Shown in pieces: positions 28,403 to 38,701 of a stretch of DNA of 64,000 nucleotides. Positions within the stretch are counted from its first letter, which is position 1; every line of letters begins with the position of its first letter. The position numbers and the translations under genes are program-made. Below the pieces are notes generated by a model that did no database searches, had not been told where the DNA came from, and saw nothing but the letters and a program-made list of their open reading frames with translations. Source of the DNA: Marine Group III euryarchaeote CG-Bathy1 (GTDB taxonomy: Archaea > Thermoplasmatota > Poseidoniia > MGIII > CG-Epi1); contig MIYU01000012.1 in the NCBI GenBank assembly GCA_001875425.1, forward strand, positions 39,940 through 103,939. Reading direction: 5' to 3'.

Positions 28403-28411
28403 TTTTTATAA
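28403..28411 (+). promoter_or_regulatory. probable BRE/TATA element for tfb
   Basis: GCGAA-TTTTTATAA begins 46 nt upstream of ATG 28449. GAGG lies 8 nt upstream of the ATG. Confidence 0.4.
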
Positions 28412-28448
28412 CCGTTTTCCAATTGGGTATTACGTTGAGGCTCAACTT

Positions 28449-29399
28449 ATGACTAAACCTGAAATTGCTAAAGATATAGAACTAGAAGAACAAATTAAAT
28501 GCACAGAATGTAAATCAGAACATTTGGTAAGAGATTATCAAAGAGGTGAATTGACTTGCAGAACTTGTGGTTTAGTGATTGATGAAAATCAAATAGATCA
28601 GGGACCTGAATGGCGTGCGTTTGATGCTGAGCAGAATGAAAGGCGGGCTAGAGGTGGATCGCCTATGAATCCCCTAGTTCATGATAAAGGATTATCAACA
28701 GATATTGCTTGGAGTAATAGAGACTCATATGGAAACGTAGTACCATCAAAGAATCGATCGCAATTATACAGAATGAGAAAATGGCAGAATAGAACTAGAG
28801 CCAATAATTCTGCAGATAGAAATTTAGCATTGGCACTAAACGAATTGAACAGATTGGCTTCTAAAATTGGATTACAAAGACAAGTAAGAGAAACTGCTGC
28901 TATGCTTTATAGAAAAGCTGTGCAGAAAAATCTAGTTAGAGGTAGATCGATTGAAGGTGTAGCTGCTGCAACGCTTTACGGAGCATGCAGACAGTGTGAA
29001 GTTCCTAGAACGCTTGACGAAATAACTAAAGCATCTAATGCAACTAAAAAGGAAGTTGGAAGAACATATAGATACATATCAAGAGAATTGGGATTGAATC
29101 TGATGCCAGCATCACCCGTTTCATACATAACTAGATATTCTCGTGAACTTGGATTATCTGGTAAAGTAGAAGATGCAGCAATAAAGATACTTCAAGAAGC
29201 TACTGAATCGGAATTGACTTCGGGAAGAGGGCCTACTGGAGTTGCAGCTGCTGCAATATATCTAGCATCCGTAGTTTACAATCAACGCAAGACTCAGAAA
29301 GCTATAGCAGACACGGTAGGAGTTACCGAAGTTACGATAAGAAATAGATACAAAGAATTAACAGAATATCTGAGTATCACTGCTGCTGTAGCAGCTTGA
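28449..29399 (+). CDS. tfb: transcription initiation factor IIB (TFB)
   Basis: N-terminal zinc ribbon [10 protein letters not shown]...CRTCGLV, B-finger/linker, and two cyclin-like repeats ([18 protein letters not shown] and [16 protein letters not shown]). I placed the start at ATG 28449. The track start at 28290 overlaps the divergent M50 gene. Confidence 0.95.
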   Translation: MTKPEIAKDIELEEQIKCTECKSEHLVRDYQRGELTCRTCGLVIDENQIDQGPEWRAFDAEQNERRARGGSPMNPLVHDKGLSTDIAWSNRDSYGNVVPSKNRSQLYRMRKWQNRTRANNSADRNLALALNELNRLASKIGLQRQVRETAAMLYRKAVQKNLVRGRSIEGVAAATLYGACRQCEVPRTLDEITKASNATKKEVGRTYRYISRELGLNLMPASPVSYITRYSRELGLSGKVEDAAIKILQEATESELTSGRGPTGVAAAAIYLASVVYNQRKTQKAIADTVGVTEVTIRNRYKELTEYLSITAAVAA

Positions 29400-29408
29400 A
29401 GGTACATA

Positions 29409-30431
29409 TTGAAATTTCGAAAGAACGACGCTAATAGTCGAAAAGTGTGGTTGCAGCATCCTGATGATTTATATTATTTAAATCTGATAATTGAAAATGA
29501 AGATATGCTTACTGCTTTTACGGAACGAAGAGAATCTAAACAGGCAGACAAGATAAGAACTGAAAGGGGAGTCAAAAAAAAGATGAATTTGACTATAAGC
29601 GTTGAAGATAAAGAATATCAAAACTTTGATCAAAGATTGAGATGTCATGGTAAAATAATAGAAGGGGCGCAAGATGTTGGAAACTATCATTCACTGATAC
29701 TGAAAGCCGGAGATGATTTTGTTCTGGGAAAAAAAATGTGGATGCCCCACCATGAAAGAATGTTTTCAAAAGCTAAGAAAGCATCGTTTAGAGCTATAGC
29801 AATAAATGTAGAAACAGATGCAATTGTGTTTGCAGAATTACGAACTTTTGGACTTAGGGAATTAAAAACTATTAACAGAGCTGGAGGGGGGAAAAGAAAA
29901 GGTGGTGAAACTCAGAAATCATTTTTTGAGAGAGGTCTTGAACAGTTAAAAGAAATTTATAATTCTAGAGAAATGTTGATAATATTAGGACCTGGTTTTC
30001 CAAAAGAAGATTTCATAAGAACTTGTAAAGAAAAAGACCCAGACATAGTCGATAAATATCAAACTGAAACAGTTGGACAAGGTGGTATGAATGGAATTAA
30101 TGAAGCACTTAAAAGTGGTAAAATAACAAATAAAATGGAAACGATAGAATTGGAAAAAGAATTGACAATAATGGAAGAATTGAAAACGTCAATTTACAAG
30201 GATTTTGCAACTTATGGATGGGCTGAAGTTAAAGAGAAAATAGAAAATGGTGCTGCTGAGAAAGTTATAATGCTAGATACGGAAATACATCGAAAAAAAG
30301 GAATTGAAATGCTTGCATTGTGTGAAAGAAATAGAATTGAAATTATAGAAATATCCAATCATCATGAAGGAGGTCAGATGCTAGAAGGACTAGGAAAAGT
30401 GGCTTGTTTACTAAGATATAAGGCAGGATAG
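29409..30431 (+). CDS. pelA: Pelota/Dom34 mRNA surveillance protein
   Basis: 340 aa. The N-terminal Sm-like domain has LQHPDDLYYLNLII. The central and C-terminal domains are eRF1-like. TTG start. Confidence 0.85.
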   Translation: MKFRKNDANSRKVWLQHPDDLYYLNLIIENEDMLTAFTERRESKQADKIRTERGVKKKMNLTISVEDKEYQNFDQRLRCHGKIIEGAQDVGNYHSLILKAGDDFVLGKKMWMPHHERMFSKAKKASFRAIAINVETDAIVFAELRTFGLRELKTINRAGGGKRKGGETQKSFFERGLEQLKEIYNSREMLIILGPGFPKEDFIRTCKEKDPDIVDKYQTETVGQGGMNGINEALKSGKITNKMETIELEKELTIMEELKTSIYKDFATYGWAEVKEKIENGAAEKVIMLDTEIHRKKGIEMLALCERNRIEIIEISNHHEGGQMLEGLGKVACLLRYKAG

Positions 30432-30463
30432 TTTCTTTTATTGGCATTGTTATTTTAGATATT

Positions 30464-30811
30464 ATGATACCAGGCATGGGGAGGATGAATCCGCGAATGA
30501 TGAAGAAGCTTCAGAAGCAATTAGAAAAAGCTACTGAAGAAATTGATGCAACCAAAGTGATAATTGAAACCCCAGAGAAAACAATAGTCTTTGACCAACC
30601 GTCTGTGACTATCATGGACATGATGGGACAAAAAACATACCAAATAGTTGGAGAACCCAGTGAAATAGAAAATGAAGAAGATGGGATACCTGAAGAAGAT
30701 ATCGAATTAGTTATGGCTCAAGCTGGTGTTTCAAGGGAAAAAGCAATTTCTGCCCTAGAAGAATGTGATGGGGAGCCTGCAGAAGCCATAATCAAATTAG
30801 TAGGTGGGTAA
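30464..30811 (+). CDS. nac: nascent polypeptide-associated complex protein (NAC)
   Basis: MIPGMGRMNPRMMKKLQKQ N-terminus, NAC beta-barrel, and C-terminal UBA-like GVSREKAISALEECDGEPAEAI. Confidence 0.85.
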   Translation: MIPGMGRMNPRMMKKLQKQLEKATEEIDATKVIIETPEKTIVFDQPSVTIMDMMGQKTYQIVGEPSEIENEEDGIPEEDIELVMAQAGVSREKAISALEECDGEPAEAIIKLVGG

Positions 30812-31983
30812 TGGATTTTAGAGAAACTGAAGAGCAGAAAATGATAAGAGAAACTATACGTGATTTCTCTGAAAGCGAAGTTTTGAAAACGACGGCGGAG
30901 AGAGACGAAAATCAAATACCTCCTGTTGAAGAATTTAAAAAATTAGCTGAATTGGGATTTGCTGGTATGACTATTTCAGAAGAATATGGAGGGCAAAAAA
31001 TAGATGATATCTCTGAGGCCATAGTAATAGAAGAGCTTTCTAGAGTTGATCCTTCTTTAGGAGTTTTTCTTGCAGTGCATGTTGGATTATCTGCGATGAC
31101 GATTGCACTTCATGGAACAGGGGAGCAGAAAAAAAAATACCTACCTAGAATGGCAACTGGAGAACTTATTGGTGCATATTCGCTAAGTGAATCAAATTCT
31201 GGAACTGATGCAGCAGCTATGACTGCAAAAGCTGATTTAGAAGATGAGAATTTTATTTTAAACGGTGAAAAAATGTGGGTAACTAATGGGGCATCGGCAG
31301 ATGTTTTTGTTTTATTTGCTAAACACGTAGGTGATTCTGAATATGGTAAAAAGAAACATGGTGGAATAACTGCATTTATAGTTGAAAAGGAGTTTGAAGG
31401 ATTTTCAGTTGGAAAGAAAGAAGATAAACTTGGAATCCGTTCATCAGATACTTGTACACTTTTAATGAAAAATTGTAAAGTACCTAAAGAAAATGTATTA
31501 GGTGAAGTTGGCAAAGGTTTCTCAATTGCTATGAATGCTCTCGATAATTCCAGAGTGGGAATTGCTGCACAAGCATTAGGGATTGCTCAGGGAGCGTATG
31601 AAGCTGCATTGAAATATTCCAAAGAAAGAGAAACGTTTGGAAAAATGATACTTGAGCATCAAACAATAGGGAATTATCTAGCAGATATGGCGAATAAAAT
31701 TGATGCAGCTAGACTACAGGTTTACAGAGCTGCTTGGGCTAAACAGAAACACTACGAAGAAGGAATGCCTAGACATACATTAGAAGCTTCAATGGCGAAA
31801 CTTAGTGCTGGTGATACTGCTATGTGGGTAGCTGATCGTGCAGTTCAGATATTAGGCGGGTATGGATATACGAAAGAATTTCCTGTTGAGAGATTTTTTA
31901 GAGATGCTAAAATAACGCAGATATATGAAGGCACACAGGAAGTGCAAAGATTAGTTATAGCTAGAGAAATAAGTAAAAGATAA
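30811..31983 (+). CDS. acyl-CoA dehydrogenase
   Basis: GAYSLSESNSGTDA, the ITNG-like WVTNG motif, and C-terminal QILGGYGYTKEFPVERFFRDAKITQIYEGT. Confidence 0.9.
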   Translation: MDFRETEEQKMIRETIRDFSESEVLKTTAERDENQIPPVEEFKKLAELGFAGMTISEEYGGQKIDDISEAIVIEELSRVDPSLGVFLAVHVGLSAMTIALHGTGEQKKKYLPRMATGELIGAYSLSESNSGTDAAAMTAKADLEDENFILNGEKMWVTNGASADVFVLFAKHVGDSEYGKKKHGGITAFIVEKEFEGFSVGKKEDKLGIRSSDTCTLLMKNCKVPKENVLGEVGKGFSIAMNALDNSRVGIAAQALGIAQGAYEAALKYSKERETFGKMILEHQTIGNYLADMANKIDAARLQVYRAAWAKQKHYEEGMPRHTLEASMAKLSAGDTAMWVADRAVQILGGYGYTKEFPVERFFRDAKITQIYEGTQEVQRLVIAREISKR

Positions 31984-31997
31984 AGAGTGAATAAAAA

Positions 31998-33158
31998 ATG
32001 AAAATAGGAATACCAAAAGAATCTGAAACTGAAAAAAGAGTTGCGATGGTGCCTGAAGTTATGCCGAAATTAACTAAAAATGGTTTTGAAATTGTAGTAG
32101 AAGATGGACTAGGAATTAATGCCGGTTTTTCAAATGAAGATTATAAAGAAAAAGGTGCAAGTATTACTAATCGAAATGAAGTGATGAGTTCTGAAATAAT
32201 TTTAGCTATTGGAGTTCCTGAAAATGAAAAGTGGAATAAAGGACAAACAGTTGTTTGCTTAGCTGATCCTTTTAGAGATGCAGAAATAGTAAAACGATTA
32301 GCAGCAGAAGGTGTGAATCTTTGTTCAATGGATATGATACCTCGTAGATTGTCGAAGGCTCAAGCAATGGATGTAAATTCTAGTCAAGATAATTTGGCAG
32401 GATATAAATCTGTCATCCTAGGAGGGCAATATAGTAATAAATTATTTCCGATGATGATGACTTCCGCAGGAACTGTTAGACCTGCTAAAATTATAATCAT
32501 GGGAGCGGGTGTTGCAGGACTTCAAGCTATAGCTACTGCAAAAAGACTTGGAGCGGTGGTGTACGCTTCAGATGTTAGATTAGCTGCAAAGGAACAAATA
32601 GAAAGTTTAGGAGCGAAATTTATAGAAGTAGACGGGATGGAAGATTTTGAGGATGAAAGTGGATATGCTAAACCCTTGACTCCTGAATTTATACAGAAAG
32701 TAAATGAAACTGTTTGTAAAGTTGCAGAAGATGCAGATGTAGTGATAACCACTGCACGCATATTCGGTAGAGATGCTCCAATAACTGTACCTGCAGATGC
32801 AGTAAAGAGAATGAAAAGGGGGGCTGTAATAGTGGATATGAATACCGATACAGGGGGAAATTGTGAGTTATCTGAAAGAGATAAAGTTGTAGAAAAAGAA
32901 GGGATTGTCATTGTAGGTGTATCTAACTTACCAGGGACTGTAGCTAATACTGCGTCCATGTTGTATGCCAATAACGTTGCTAATTTTGTCACTTCATTAA
33001 CAAAAGATGGAGAATTTGTTTTAGATATGGAAGATGAAATTCTAGTAGGACCTTCAAAAGAATCGGATTTTTATGTGAAAGGAATGGGTGGAGTTCTTGT
33101 AACAACAAATGGTGAAATTGAAAAGAAACAAGAAAGACTGAAAGGAGCGATTAAATAA
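31998..33158 (+). CDS. pntAA: NAD(P) transhydrogenase subunit alpha, part 1 (dI)
   Basis: Alanine-dehydrogenase/PNT N-terminal domain and Rossmann motif MGAGVAGLQAIATAKRLGA. Confidence 0.9.
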   Translation: MKIGIPKESETEKRVAMVPEVMPKLTKNGFEIVVEDGLGINAGFSNEDYKEKGASITNRNEVMSSEIILAIGVPENEKWNKGQTVVCLADPFRDAEIVKRLAAEGVNLCSMDMIPRRLSKAQAMDVNSSQDNLAGYKSVILGGQYSNKLFPMMMTSAGTVRPAKIIIMGAGVAGLQAIATAKRLGAVVYASDVRLAAKEQIESLGAKFIEVDGMEDFEDESGYAKPLTPEFIQKVNETVCKVAEDADVVITTARIFGRDAPITVPADAVKRMKRGAVIVDMNTDTGGNCELSERDKVVEKEGIVIVGVSNLPGTVANTASMLYANNVANFVTSLTKDGEFVLDMEDEILVGPSKESDFYVKGMGGVLVTTNGEIEKKQERLKGAIK

Positions 33159-33466
33159 TGGATTTAGAAACATTAATTGCATCGATAACTGTATTTGCAT
33201 TGGCTATTTTTTTAGGATTTGAACTTATTACAAAAGTTCCGCCAACACTACACACGCCGTTAATGTCTGGTGCGAATGCCATCTCAGGAATTACAATAGT
33301 AGGTGCCTTGATTTTTTCTAATACTGGATTTAACAATGGAGAACCGGGAAATGCTGCTTGGTTAGCATTTTTTGCATTGATTCTTGCTACGATTAATGTG
33401 ATTGGTGGATTTACTGTAACTAATAGAATGTTGAATATGATTGCTGGAAAAAGGAGAGGAAAATAA
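33158..33466 (+). CDS. pntAB: NAD(P) transhydrogenase subunit alpha, part 2 (membrane dII-a)
   Basis: 102 aa, three TM helices with LHTPLMSGANAISGI. ATGA-type overlaps with both neighbours. Confidence 0.85.
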   Translation: MDLETLIASITVFALAIFLGFELITKVPPTLHTPLMSGANAISGITIVGALIFSNTGFNNGEPGNAAWLAFFALILATINVIGGFTVTNRMLNMIAGKRRGK

Positions 33467-34878
33467 TGGATCTGGCAATGTGGGATGTTGGATATTTGGT
33501 TGCATCTATATTATTCATAATGGGGTTGAAAAAATTGGGACACCCGCGCACTGCACCGACGGGGAATCTATACGGTGCAACAGGAATGTTAGTTGCGGTA
33601 GTTGTTACTATTGCCCAAATGAATTTTGGTAATGTTGACAATTTTATTTTAATTATTGCAGGTTTGAGTACTGGGGGAATTATCGGTTATGTAATGGCTA
33701 TCAGAGTTCAAATGACGGGGATGCCGGAAATGGTGGCCCTGTTCAATGGATTTGGTGGTGCAGCTAGTGCACTCGTTGCTGCATCTGAAGTTTTTAGAAG
33801 AATAAATAGCGGTGAAATACCTGCTGGTTTAGAATTACAAGTTGCTTGGATTGCAATCGGCCTTTCTGCATTAGTTGGATGGATGACTTTGACAGGAAGT
33901 TTACTTGCAATGATGAAATTGAAAGGTGGGGTTGAAATTTTTGGAACGTGGTATAGGACTCCTACCTGGGGGCCTGAGTGGTTAAATTACGTTAAAGGAA
34001 TATTCTTGATTGGTATTGTGGGTCTAATCTATATGACGATGGAAGAACCTGAAAATTCGACTTATGTAATAGGAATCATTGCGCTTTCTTGTATTCTAGG
34101 CATCTTGTTTGTGCTTCCGATTGGTGGGGCAGATATGCCGGTTGTTGTAAGTTTACTAAATTCATTATCAGGAATAGCTGCGGCATTTACTGGATTTATT
34201 ATAGGCAATAATGTTTTGATTATTGCAGGTTCAATGGTTGGTGCTGCGGGTTTGATTTTGACAAACATTATGTGTAAGGCAATGAATCGGCAATTGATAG
34301 ATGTATTGTTCAAATCTTTTGGCGGTTCGGATAAAGAACAAGTAACACGAACAAAAGTTGGTTCAGATCCAGAAGAAGTTGCTATGATATGTGATGGAAT
34401 ATCTAAATGCGTTATAATTCCAGGATATGGAATGGCTGTTTCACAATGTCAACATCAAGTTCGTGAATTTGCAGATATTTTAGAGGAGAATGGATGTGAA
34501 GTGAAATATGGAATACATCCTGTTGCTGGACGTATGCCTGGCCATATGAATGTATTACTAGCAGAAGCAAGCGTCCCTTATGAAAAATTAATTGAGATGG
34601 AAGAGATTAACTCAGAAATGAGTGATTGTGATGTTGCTTTAGTTGTAGGTGCCAATGATACTGTTAACCCAGCTGCTAGAACAGGTGAAGGGCCATTGGC
34701 AGGAATGCCAATTATAGATGCAGATAAGGCTCGTGTTGTTGTGTTTGTAAAAAGATCGTTGTCTGTGGGATATGCGGGCGTAGATAATGATTTATTTTAT
34801 GATGATAAAACTATGATGTTATTTGGTGATGGAAAAAAGATGATGACTGAACTACTGTCTGCAATGAAAGAATCTTAA
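33466..34878 (+). CDS. pntB: NAD(P) transhydrogenase subunit beta
   Basis: Multi-TM N-terminal half and a C-terminal dIII domain (IIPGYGMAVSQCQH, HPVAGRMPGHMNVLLAEA, GANDTVNP). Confidence 0.9.
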   Translation: MDLAMWDVGYLVASILFIMGLKKLGHPRTAPTGNLYGATGMLVAVVVTIAQMNFGNVDNFILIIAGLSTGGIIGYVMAIRVQMTGMPEMVALFNGFGGAASALVAASEVFRRINSGEIPAGLELQVAWIAIGLSALVGWMTLTGSLLAMMKLKGGVEIFGTWYRTPTWGPEWLNYVKGIFLIGIVGLIYMTMEEPENSTYVIGIIALSCILGILFVLPIGGADMPVVVSLLNSLSGIAAAFTGFIIGNNVLIIAGSMVGAAGLILTNIMCKAMNRQLIDVLFKSFGGSDKEQVTRTKVGSDPEEVAMICDGISKCVIIPGYGMAVSQCQHQVREFADILEENGCEVKYGIHPVAGRMPGHMNVLLAEASVPYEKLIEMEEINSEMSDCDVALVVGANDTVNPAARTGEGPLAGMPIIDADKARVVVFVKRSLSVGYAGVDNDLFYDDKTMMLFGDGKKMMTELLSAMKES

Positions 34879-35804
34879 ATTAATTTAGCAAACCAAGGTA
34901 TTGTTTTTTTCAAACCATCCTCCAAACTAGTTGAGGGAGACCAATCAATGATTTTATTCGCTAAGGAAATGTTTGGATTGCGTCTTTTAGGATCGTCGAC
35001 TGGTAAATCTTTGTATATAAGTTCGGATTCAGAATTAGTAAATGAAATTACCATATTAGCTAAATCCAAAATACTATATTCAGTAGGATTCCCCAGATTT
35101 ACTGGTGATTGATAATCAGAATTCATTAATCTGAGTATGCCTTCTATTAAATCATCAACGTAACAAAAGCTTCGTGTTTGTGAACCGTCTCCATAGATTG
35201 TTACTGGCTCATTCTTAAGAGCTTGACAGATAAAATTTGAAACAACGCGTCCATCTTGAGGGTCCATGTGTGGTCCGTAAGTGTTGAAAATTCTTGCAAT
35301 ACGAATATCGACTCCTGCGTGTTCTTGATAAGCGATTAACAGCGACTCAGCCACCCGTTTGCCTTCATCGTAACACGCACGTGGACCTATTGGGTTTACA
35401 TTACCCCAATAATCTTCTGATTGTGGATGAACTTCTGGATCACCATAAACTTCAGAAGTAGAAGCATGAAGAATTGGTATGTTTAGCCTTTTAGCCATTC
35501 CTAAAACATTATAAATTGCTAAAGTCCCCATTTTTAGAGTTTTGATTGGATTATGTTGATAATCCACTGGAGAAGCCGGTGAAGCAAAGTTGAAAATACC
35601 ATTTATTTTTTCTGGAAAAAATGGTGTTGTTAAATCATGACACTCCAAAACGAAGTTTGGATTTGATTTTAAATGTGAAATATTACTTTCATTTCCTGTA
35701 CTAAAATCATCTAAACAGATAACGGCATTTCCATCATTGAGGATGCGTTCACATAGATGTGAGCCAAGAAAGCCTGCACCACCTGTTACTAAATAGCGAT
35801 TCAA
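34875..35804 (-). CDS. UDP-glucuronate decarboxylase (UDP-xylose synthase)-like SDR
   Basis: VTGGAGFLGSHLCERIL and catalytic YDEGKR. The start is uncertain: TTG 35804 (TTGA overlap with the galU-like stop) or the upstream track start at 35879. Confidence 0.8.
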   Translation of the reverse strand: MNRYLVTGGAGFLGSHLCERILNDGNAVICLDDFSTGNESNISHLKSNPNFVLECHDLTTPFFPEKINGIFNFASPASPVDYQHNPIKTLKMGTLAIYNVLGMAKRLNIPILHASTSEVYGDPEVHPQSEDYWGNVNPIGPRACYDEGKRVAESLLIAYQEHAGVDIRIARIFNTYGPHMDPQDGRVVSNFICQALKNEPVTIYGDGSQTRSFCYVDDLIEGILRLMNSDYQSPVNLGNPTEYSILDLANMVISFTNSESELIYKDLPVDDPKRRNPNISLANKIIDWSPSTSLEDGLKKTIPWFAKLI

Positions 35805-36658
35805 AAATCCTCCGAGATATCTTTGATAACTTTGCCCCATTTGTATTGATGAGAAAGTATAAGATGAGATCTGAACCAATCTTCCATTGTGCCTATATCA
35901 AATCTTGTTCCTGAAAACTTCCATGCCAAAAGTGAATTATTTTGTGCAGTCATATTCATAGCATCGGTAAGTTGAATCTCTCCACCTACGCCTGCATTGA
36001 CTTGTGATTGATAATTAAAAATATCTGGAGTGAAGATATACCTACCAAGAACGCCTAAATTAGAAGGGGCGTCAGAAGGTTCCGGTTTTTCGACTAATGA
36101 ATCGACATTGAATAAGGAATCTTCTATTTTATCACCAGACATTACGCCGTATCGACGCGTATCTTCCATCGCAATTTTTTCAACAGCGAAAACCGGTTGA
36201 TGGTGATTGTTGAAGATATCAACTAATCCTTTAGTACAGTTTGGATTTCCTACACAGATAGTGTCACCGAGTAAAACTGCAAATGGATCATCGCCTACGA
36301 AATCTTTAGCACATAAAATAGCATCACCTAAACCTTTTTGAGATTCCTGTCTAATAAAAGTAATATTAGCTAAATTAGAAACTTGTTTAACTTTTGCTAA
36401 ATCTTCTTCTTTACCTCTGCGTTTTAATGAATCTTCTAAATCTGGAGAAGGGTTAAAATGGTTCTCAATTGCAGCTTTGTGTTTTCCTGTAATTATGGCG
36501 ATATCTGTAATATTAGCATTGATGGCTTCCTCGACAACCCACTGAATAGTAGGTTTATCCACTACCGGTAACATTTCTTTGGGTTGGGCTTTGGTTAAAG
36601 GTAAGAAACGTGTACCCAAACCTGCTGCTGGAATGACCGCTTTAATGTTCGATGCCAT
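35801..36658 (-). CDS. galU: UTP--glucose-1-phosphate uridylyltransferase
   Basis: AVIPAAGLGTRFLPLTKAQPKEMLPVVDKP and LGDT...GRYIFTP motifs. Confidence 0.9.
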   Translation of the reverse strand: MASNIKAVIPAAGLGTRFLPLTKAQPKEMLPVVDKPTIQWVVEEAINANITDIAIITGKHKAAIENHFNPSPDLEDSLKRRGKEEDLAKVKQVSNLANITFIRQESQKGLGDAILCAKDFVGDDPFAVLLGDTICVGNPNCTKGLVDIFNNHHQPVFAVEKIAMEDTRRYGVMSGDKIEDSLFNVDSLVEKPEPSDAPSNLGVLGRYIFTPDIFNYQSQVNAGVGGEIQLTDAMNMTAQNNSLLAWKFSGTRFDIGTMEDWFRSHLILSHQYKWGKVIKDISEDF

Positions 36659-36753
36659 TAATTGGGCATAGATGGTATAGATAAGGCTTTTTCAGAACGT
36701 AAAGTGAGAGAAAATGGACTTAATTCTAAAACTAGGCCTCTTTTAGGAGAGAG

Positions 36754-37458
36754 ATGGTACGCGTCATACTGGTTGAACCGAAACATCCAGGAAATGTTGG
36801 AGCAGTTGCTAGAGTAATGGTAAATTTTGGTATTGAAGAATTGATTTTGATAGGTGGATGTGAAATAAATGAAGAAGCATATAATAGATCTACATCCGGG
36901 AAATATATATTAGAAAAAAGTCAGAGATTTGATAATTTAAAAGAAGGATTAGAGGGTGGTGAAGTGAATATTGGAACAAGTGGAATTATTCCAGGAGGGG
37001 ACAAAAGATGGTATCGTACCCCAATACATTGTAAAGATTTACTAAGTAAACTAGACGGACGTAATCCAAATTTGATATTTGGAAGAGAAGATTTTGGTTT
37101 GTATAAAGAAGAATTGTCTCTATGTGAAATAGCTGTTAGAGTGCCTACCAATCCAGATAAACCGATATTGAATTTATCTCATGCGGTTGGAATAATATTA
37201 TATGAATTAAATCGTAACAATAAATTCAAACTTCCTTCGAGACCGAAAAAAATTAAACAGAAAGAAATAGAAATAATGGTGACTTCGTTTTTAGATGTAC
37301 TTAAAGAAACAAAATATCCAGAAAGAAGATTGCATAGAGCAGAAACGACATTACGTAGAATTATGTCAAGAGGGTCATTAGATGAACATGAATATGATAC
37401 TGTTATGGGAATGATAAAAGATATAGAGAGAAAACAAAAAGAGGTAGTGGATGGATAA
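36754..37458 (+). CDS. SpoU/TrmH-class RNA 2'-O-methyltransferase (TrmJ-like)
   Basis: VILVEPKHPGNVGAVARVMVNFG, LIFGREDFGL and LNLSHAVGIILYEL (the three SPOUT motifs). Confidence 0.8.
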   Translation: MVRVILVEPKHPGNVGAVARVMVNFGIEELILIGGCEINEEAYNRSTSGKYILEKSQRFDNLKEGLEGGEVNIGTSGIIPGGDKRWYRTPIHCKDLLSKLDGRNPNLIFGREDFGLYKEELSLCEIAVRVPTNPDKPILNLSHAVGIILYELNRNNKFKLPSRPKKIKQKEIEIMVTSFLDVLKETKYPERRLHRAETTLRRIMSRGSLDEHEYDTVMGMIKDIERKQKEVVDG

Positions 37459-37849
37459 AGAAAAACGAATGAGCGTTATTCAATTTTTACTTGAGGGCGC
37501 TACTGAGATATTAGGGGAAGAAACACTAAAAGAACGTTTTACAGAAATGGGGAATTCGGAAATTGATACGAAAAAAATTAAGATAAATCATATAACAAGA
37601 GCATTGAGAGATTCGCCTGAATTTGTAACAGATTTGCAAAGGCGGTTAATTGAATTAAAGAATCTTGCAGAAACCCTGCGTATGCCTCAAGCAAAGATAA
37701 TTGAGAACTGGTTAGAAGATGATTGTTTGCCCTGTTTAGTAGAAAGGGTAATTGATGGATATTCGAATATATATTACATACTAATTGCAATTGATGAGAA
37801 GATAATGTGGCCCGGGTGGGGTGTATTTGGAAAATTTAATAATCCATAA
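37451..37849 (+). CDS. hypothetical protein
   Basis: 132-aa ORF overlapping the methyltransferase gene by 8 nt. No motif recognised. Confidence 0.4.
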   Translation: MDKEKRMSVIQFLLEGATEILGEETLKERFTEMGNSEIDTKKIKINHITRALRDSPEFVTDLQRRLIELKNLAETLRMPQAKIIENWLEDDCLPCLVERVIDGYSNIYYILIAIDEKIMWPGWGVFGKFNNP

Positions 37850-37879
37850 ACTTAAAGCGTATAAACTTAGATAGGTGTT

Positions 37880-37953
37880 TTGTGAAGTTAATCTATCGAA
37901 ATCAAAGTGAAGCTCAAAAACTTCTGAATTGTATGCTGTTAATTGCATTTCTA
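37880..37953 (+). repeat. 74-nt block identical to 38628..38701
   Basis: Compared base by base: TTGTGAAGTTAATCTATCGAAATCAAAGTGAAGCTCAAAAACTTCTGAATTGTATGCTGTTAATTGCATTTCTA. Confidence 0.9.
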
Positions 37954-38595
37954 GCGCTTGTAGTATCATATGTCATAGCTGTAATGAATAAGAATCATGT
38001 AGCTTGGTTACCATTCATATCAGAATTAGATCAATATGAACCGGAAGGAATGATATGGACATTTGGTTTGACTTTTGCTGGTATAATAACAATACCCATA
38101 TGGATGAAATTATATCAAAAATGGGATAAGGAGTTACGTGCCTCGAATGCAGATAGAAAATGGCTAAAGGCAAATATGATGGTATTTGTAATGGCACAGG
38201 TTGCAACGATATCTTTGATATGGTGTGTAAATTTACCATTCAACAAATATCCAATACCTCATGGAGTTACAGCGGCAGTTTACTTTTGGTTAATTCTTAG
38301 CGTAGGGACTCTCTCTATATTGATTGTTAGAAAAATAGATGAATACCCTAAAGATTTGATTAGAGTAAGAATAGGAATGAATATAGCAGGATATGCCTGT
38401 ATGATATTGATGGGAGCTTTTGTTCCTGAAGAAATGATAGAAGCAATAAATGACCCAGATTCAAATTGGGCCGACAATCATGACCATGCAGTACATGGGA
38501 TGGCTGCACTATTTGAATGGTTGATGGTGTTTATTGCACATATGGGATATTTCTATACATTCAACTATGATTTAGAAGGCGAAAAGATACAATAA
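37882..38595 (+). CDS. multi-pass membrane protein, paralog A (DUF998/Frag1-like by motif)
   Basis: 237 aa, about six TM helices. A W-L-P-x-ISELD motif follows TM1. The start could instead be ATG 37933. Confidence 0.5.
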   Translation: MKLIYRNQSEAQKLLNCMLLIAFLALVVSYVIAVMNKNHVAWLPFISELDQYEPEGMIWTFGLTFAGIITIPIWMKLYQKWDKELRASNADRKWLKANMMVFVMAQVATISLIWCVNLPFNKYPIPHGVTAAVYFWLILSVGTLSILIVRKIDEYPKDLIRVRIGMNIAGYACMILMGAFVPEEMIEAINDPDSNWADNHDHAVHGMAALFEWLMVFIAHMGYFYTFNYDLEGEKIQ

Positions 38596-38627
38596 AGACT
38601 TAAAACCTGTTTATTAGAATATAGAAA

Positions 38628-38701
38628 TTGTGAAGTTAATCTATCGAAATCAAAGTGAAGCTCAAAAACTTCTGAATTGTATGCTGTTAATTGCATTTCT
38701 A
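38628..38701 (+). repeat. 74-nt block identical to 37880..37953
   Basis: See the partner block. A second identical 34-nt block is shared at 38130..38163 and 38881..38914. Confidence 0.9.

Noticed and set aside
28290-28448. N-terminal extensions implied by the ORF-track starts for tfb (28290), the ABC ATPase (12244), nth (17534) and the GGR gene (51048)
   Set aside because: The extensions overlap neighbouring genes or promoter elements and precede the conserved N-terminal motifs. Internal ATG/GTG codons directly after the neighbour's stop fit better. The GGR case remains uncertain.
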